A stretch of DNA of 64,000 nt from Candidatus Bathyarchaeota archaeon. Lineage in GTDB: Archaea; Thermoproteota; CALKCG01; B24. Positions 59,320-64,000 of this stretch are shown here, one piece after another. The stretch's first letter is position 1. The number at the start of each line of letters is the position of its first letter. The notes under the pieces were generated by a model, which was not told where the DNA came from, did not search any database, and was given only the letters and a program-made list of their open reading frames with translations. The translations under genes were made by a program, and so were the position numbers. The stretch is taken from assembly GCA_018396755.1 (NCBI GenBank), contig JAGTQM010000004.1, forward strand, positions 17,099 through 81,098, written 5' to 3'.

Positions 59320-60765
59320 CTATAGTATTCCGGATAAAGCATCGACCAATTGAACATATTTCTCTAGGAGTTTCAAGTATTTCGCAGTATTTTCTCCAGT
59401 AGGCTTGAAAAGCTTTTTTATCTTAACGACTCTACCCACTATCTCTTCGATCCTTCCACTTGTGCAACCCCACATAGCTAATATAGCTGAGCCGATGGCT
59501 GAATCAGGCTCCTCAACTACGTAAACATCTCTATTTGAAACATCGGCTATTATCTCCATAAATAGATCGTTCCTGGAGGCACCTCCGCTCACTCTAAGAT
59601 CGTATATTTTAACCTTCGTCACGTCTTCTACCGCATCCAGCATGAGCCTAAGTGCTAAAGCAGACCCCTCCAACATACTTCTAAAAATAGCACCTGGGTT
59701 CGCAGTAATCTCTGAAAGACCGATGAAAAACCCTCTAACATTAGGATGGGTCTTCGGTACCCTCACACCATACCACTCTGTACACGCAATTAGCCCCTCA
59801 CAACCTGGTGGGACTTTTCTAGCCATATCAGTGAGTTCTATAAGACTTTTACCTAGAAGCCTACTCATAGCGTCTAATGCTGTTGTCCCCGCGTTTGTAA
59901 ATCCTCCGGCTAAGAACAGGTTGTTGATGTAGGTTTTATAGTAAAACCTCTGAGACATGTCTGGCACTGGCTTATCAACGACTACGTGAACGGTTAAAGC
60001 AGTGCCAATAGTCGCGTTTGCCTGCCCAGCTTTTATAGCGCCTGAAGTTATATCTCCAGCACTAGCATCCGTAACCCCGTTTACTACGGGTATTCCACTA
60101 GGTAGACCTGTTTCCAAGGACGCTTCTTCCGTCACATAACCCACTATAGAGCATATAGGCTTTAATTCAGGCATAAGGTCTACGGAAACGTTTACGTCTT
60201 CATACGTCTCTTCAAGGTATTTTAAGTCGTCTAATAGTGCGTGAGATTTTCCAGCAGTATTATTAGATGAAGCAAATATCCCAGTCAACTTGTAGACTGC
60301 GTAGTCACTCTCGTGAAGTATCTTATGGATTCTACCGTAGAAGTCGCAGTTTTTCTTAAGCCACATTACTTTAGGTAAGACCAACTGAGGCGTTATGGGT
60401 AGGAAGACTTCAAATTCACGTGCTTTAAGGCTGGCTCTTCTAAGCTCTTCAGCTTCTACTACGGCTCTACTATCATTGTACATTATAAGGGGGTATAAAG
60501 GCGTCCCTTTCCTATCCAACGGCACGATGGTGCCACTCGTAGCGTCGACACAAACTCCTTCAACTTCATCCTTAAGCTTGAGCTTCTTCAAAGTTTCGCA
60601 TACCCTCTTCCATAGCATTAGAGGGTCTCGCTCTACAAAACCACTCTTAGGCTGACGTATAAGGTCGTAAACTGGTGTTGAAACCTCTTCTTCAACACTG
60701 CCTTCACTACTCACTACAACTGCTTTAACATTCTTAGTGCCTATATCTAAGCCTAGGAAATACAT
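59320..60765 (-). CDS. FGGY-family carbohydrate kinase (second copy; xylulo/ribulokinase-like)
   Basis: YFLGLDIGTKNVKAVV N-terminal motif, C-terminal VSGGASRN. 481 aa. ATG start. Confidence 0.75.
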   Translation of the reverse strand: MYFLGLDIGTKNVKAVVVSSEGSVEEEVSTPVYDLIRQPKSGFVERDPLMLWKRVCETLKKLKLKDEVEGVCVDATSGTIVPLDRKGTPLYPLIMYNDSRAVVEAEELRRASLKAREFEVFLPITPQLVLPKVMWLKKNCDFYGRIHKILHESDYAVYKLTGIFASSNNTAGKSHALLDDLKYLEETYEDVNVSVDLMPELKPICSIVGYVTEEASLETGLPSGIPVVNGVTDASAGDITSGAIKAGQANATIGTALTVHVVVDKPVPDMSQRFYYKTYINNLFLAGGFTNAGTTALDAMSRLLGKSLIELTDMARKVPPGCEGLIACTEWYGVRVPKTHPNVRGFFIGLSEITANPGAIFRSMLEGSALALRLMLDAVEDVTKVKIYDLRVSGGASRNDLFMEIIADVSNRDVYVVEEPDSAIGSAILAMWGCTSGRIEEIVGRVVKIKKLFKPTGENTAKYLKLLEKYVQLVDALSGIL

Positions 60766-61236
60766 CTTATCAAACTCCTCAAAATAACTGTTTCCCGGTT
60801 TAAAAATTAATCATTTTCCCTTAAAAACCACATTTTTCTTATGTCTTCTGAAGTACATTATGTTATTGAACGTCGTACAGCTTGAAGCCAGTCTTCCACA
60901 AACGTTTAGACGGCATATTGGACATTTAACTTTAAGCCCATTTGGAGCGTTTAAATTTCCATGGTATTTTTATAGATTTTCAATCTAACCCCCTCCCTAG
61001 ATGTTTTCCAGGTTTGAGAGAACTCTAATATTCAAACCCTCTTCTGTTTTCACCATGATATATCTGTTTTTGTTTGAATTTTAGATCCCCCTAGTGCCCT
61101 TGCGATGGTCTCTCATACATTTTTATGAACACGCTCATGGCCAAAGCCTGTTTCTGAAGAAGTTTTCAAAATAGAGTTAGAGCGGGCCCCGCTCTTATAA
61201 GTTCTTTACCATAAAATAGAAAAATATGGAGTGAAT

Positions 61237-63248
61237 TTACGCAATCGGTGGGAATAAAGTGAAATTTATTGCTACTGCTATTAGGACTTCTAACGTGTAT
61301 CCTAATATAAAGCCTCCGATGAATGGTACAACCCATTCTTCATAGAGTTTGCTTCCACCCATCTTCAGTATTATCGATTTTATGATGAATGCTGTTAGGC
61401 AAGCGAACCATAATCCATGTAGTGACATCTCCCAACTCCATGTAACTATTGCCAGCAGTGGGTCCGGCATCCACATGAACCTTGTGTATAGATATCTCAT
61501 TACAACCATGAATATGAAGCCCGCCATCAGATGCGTGAAGCCTTCACTGAGTGGTGCCGCTAGTGGTCTATCCCAGAAGTTGCCGCATGTGTCAAAGTTT
61601 AGCGTACATAAAGTATAACCAAGTTTTGTTAATCCAAATATTCCTGGAATTGCTATTTGGTTGAAGCATGTTATAAAAGTCGCTATAACCATTGAAATGG
61701 CGACTATTTTTAACGCATTCCTAGGATGTATACCAAACTGATTTGCAATTTTATATGATGAAAGTGATGTGAAGAATGATGCTCCCCATCCTCCTCCACC
61801 CTCCACGCTTCCACCAGCAGTATGACCGATCCACTCTATGCTTAAAGCAGGTACTAACACGTAGTCTGTAGCAGTAACCTCAGGGTAATATTGAGTCGGC
61901 CAAGCCAAAAGCCTTATTATAGCGGGTGTAAAATCGTAACATGATTCTATTATGAAGCCTATACGAGCCCAAACTTGAGTTAAAACTATCCACGTTATAA
62001 CACCTACCAACGGTATTACAAAAGAAAGCCATGGGCTAAGACTAGTATACATCAGGAAAACCATGAGTCCCAAGTAGGACAATACAATTAACATCCACGA
62101 ACTATGATACGACATAGGCTCCCTCTTCTCAAACTCACTAGATTTTCTGAAAGCATATCTTAAAGTCTCAATAATGTAGCGTCTTTCTAAAATAATCGTT
62201 ATAACGAAAAGTCCGAGTGCTGCACCAGAAGTGACTGTTGAAAGATACAACGGCGGAGCTGAGTAAAGCGATATAGAACCGCACCAGTTACCCCAGTATA
62301 GTAACCAAATCCATAGTAAGCGGCGAAGAATGCGATCTCAGCGACAAGCGTATAGAACAGTGCACTGAACAGTGCGTGAAGAGGTACTAAGAGCATGAAT
62401 GCATGCATAGGTGGATGTTTGGCAAGGCCTAAATGCCAAGGTATGTCTGGTGGTGCTATCCAATGTGATCCCGGACCGCATGTATTGCTACGCCACATAT
62501 ACAGGTCTGGAAACCATGGGAAAAGCGTCGCCCCACTTAAAGGTATGCCTAGCAGGAATCCGAGAAGCATACCGATGAGAAACTGCGTTTTAGACTTTCG
62601 CTCCTTTCTACCTATGCCTTCAATATTCATTAGACATGTTTGGACAACTGTAACATAAGGGAATGGAAGCTTCTCAACATCTATCCACTCACGGCGGAAA
62701 ACGTTAGCTATACCTATTCCAACACCAGCAAATAGTATGACCAGTAGAAATCTCCACAGTATCGCTGGGAACAATATATCCCACGGTAAAACTCCGAGAT
62801 TTCCAACACCTCGAAGTAACATTTCACTAACATCTTTAGGAAGCATGAAGAATTCAGGTGTATACTTAGCGACAGTATCTGAAACAGATACGCGAACTAA
62901 TAAGAACATAGTGTTACGAGTCTGTACTGTGGCAAAGTGCGTATAAAACGACGTGGTTATCATAGTAATGCTAAGATATGCTAGATTCGTTCTACTAAGA
63001 TATTTCCGCAGAGGCTGAAAATACTGAAGAGCCATGACAACCAAAAAGGCGACAAAAGGACCACCTACAAACTCAGTCCCAGGCGTAGGAAGCAAAGTAT
63101 TAACTCTCTGAGTACATCGAGCTAAAGGCGGTAGAAGAGCCTCAAAGAAGTTCCAGAAAAACGCTGTGATAATGCTCAGAACAGTTATCCACAAGAATGC
63201 TCCACCAGTAATCTTCTCCTCAGTAATTTCTTTCCCACTTTTCTTCAC
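61237..63248 (-). pseudogene. Large polytopic membrane protein, uncharacterised family (paralog C), disrupted by a frameshifting deletion near 62280-62295
   Basis: ORF 62199..63248 carries the N-terminal motifs REWIDVEKLPFPY, FPWFPDLYMW and YYTGVTG. ORF 61237..62250 carries the C-terminal motifs RRYIIETLR and KMGGSKLYEE. The second frame reads ...WCGSISLYSAPP... immediately after the point where the first frame reads YYTGVTG. The conserved segment IG.CGR.W seen in paralogs A and B is missing. Confidence 0.65.
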
Positions 63249-63452
63249 CCAATAATCCTTCTACGTCAAAGTTATATATATTACTGTTAACTTTCCTATT
63301 GGATAAAGCTAGCCTACTCCTGTAATTGTGAAAGAATCTATCATAGGATACCTCTAATAAAATCAACTATTTGTAGCGAGGACTGAACAACGGAGATGAA
63401 CAATTAGGTTTTTATTCTAATTGTTCTGACCATTAGATAGGTGTCTATTTTC

Positions 63453-64000
63453 ATGAGTATTGGGAAAGAGTGGTTTGAAGAAGAATTTTGGATAAAAACA
63501 TTCACAGCTGGTGTTGAAGAGATAGACCCAGACCGTTACGTTACATGTACATACTATATAACTCCAAAAGAGGGTCTTAGCCTTCAAGGTGCTGCGATAA
63601 ACCTTGCGGCTGAACAATCGATAGGAACGTGGACGAAAGTTGTGACAATGACTGATAGAGTGTTAAAGCTGGCTGGTAAAGTTTTCCACGTGGAAAAGTT
63701 GAACGGTGGAGGATTGGTGCAAGTAGCCTTTCCTCTAGATCTATTCGATTTGGAAGCTGGGATTTCACATATTCTTTCAATAGTGGCTGGCAATCTTTTC
63801 GGAATAGGTGCTTTAAAGAGCGTAAGACTACTGGATGTGAATTTACCTAAGCAGTACGTTAAGATGTTTAAAGGGCCGAAGTTCGGTATAGATGGTGTGA
63901 GGAAAATCATCGGCACTGCTAGGAATCCAAGGCCTCACCTAGGTACAATAATCAAGCCTAAAGTAGGGCTTAACCCTGATGAAACAGCTAAAGTGGCTTA
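63453..64000 (+). CDS. RuBisCO large-subunit-like protein (form III RuBisCO or RLP). It is partial at the 3' end and runs off the window.
   Basis: Manual translation from the ATG at 63453 gives ...AAEQSIGTWTKVVTMTD... (compare RuBisCO GTWTTVWTD) and ...LGTIIKPKVGLNPDETAKVA (compare LGCTIKPKLGLS). No stop occurs before position 64000. Confidence 0.6.
   Translation, partial: MSIGKEWFEEEFWIKTFTAGVEEIDPDRYVTCTYYITPKEGLSLQGAAINLAAEQSIGTWTKVVTMTDRVLKLAGKVFHVEKLNGGGLVQVAFPLDLFDLEAGISHILSIVAGNLFGIGALKSVRLLDVNLPKQYVKMFKGPKFGIDGVRKIIGTARNPRPHLGTIIKPKVGLNPDETAKVA

Noticed and set aside
63417-63916. Three minus-strand ORFs in the ORF track (63417-63617, 63577-63780, 63584-63916)
   Set aside because: They overlap the plus-strand RuBisCO-like coding frame, which has clear family motifs and no stop to the window end. 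The minus-strand ORFs lack motifs.
1-64000. CRISPR arrays, rRNA and tRNA genes
   Set aside because: No array of regularly spaced direct repeats was seen. No rRNA-like GC-rich block is present. Intergenic regions were scanned for tRNA T-loop-type GTTC(G/A)AATC motifs in GC-rich 70-90 nt islands and none was found. A tRNA scanner should confirm this.

Overview
This 64 kb window looks like an archaeal chromosomal segment, probably Thermoproteota/Crenarchaeota-like, at roughly 40% GC. Evidence is a thermosome, aIF2-beta, a DUF354 protein, a type-III RuBisCO-like gene, GGAGG-type ribosome-binding sites and TATA-like promoters.

It is gene-dense on both strands. Housekeeping genes include the pyruvate:ferredoxin oxidoreductase operon porGDAB, a thermosome subunit, MetRS, aIF2-beta, a compact topoisomerase IA and a P-type ATPase. 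These are interleaved with carbohydrate-catabolic, accessory-type loci:
- Two GH4 glycosidases (one interrupted by an in-frame TAG) and one GH2 glycosidase.
- Two FGGY sugar kinases, two xylose-isomerase-like TIM-barrel proteins, and an HpcH/HpaI aldolase.
- A DhnA-type class I aldolase, a Gfo/Idh/MocA oxidoreductase with an NDP-sugar dehydrogenase, esterases, a cyclase and a sulfatase-fold enzyme.

The most striking signal is a family of three paralogous polytopic membrane proteins of about 660 aa. They sit at 9579-11549, 52762-54765 and 61237-63248, the last disrupted by a frameshifting deletion. All share the motifs IDIEKVPFPHA, FPWFPD, YYTG, CGRxWCxPSPxxDPPxKF and a C-terminal R-I/M-GG-x-K-x-YE. 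Each lies inside a sugar-utilisation locus, and one is followed by a roughly 1060 aa DUF5107-like/TPR protein. No ABC, MFS or PTS sugar transporter is visible in the window, so I propose this family as a candidate uncharacterised carbohydrate uptake or processing membrane system.

Other notable items:
- A vapBC pair.
- An RHH protein translationally coupled to a DTGF-type retropepsin-like aspartic protease.
- A C-terminal remnant of a tyrosine recombinase.
- Homopolymer-associated frameshifts in a small cluster of secreted proteins.
- A RuBisCO-like gene running off the 3' end of the window.

I found no rRNA, tRNA or CRISPR array by eye.
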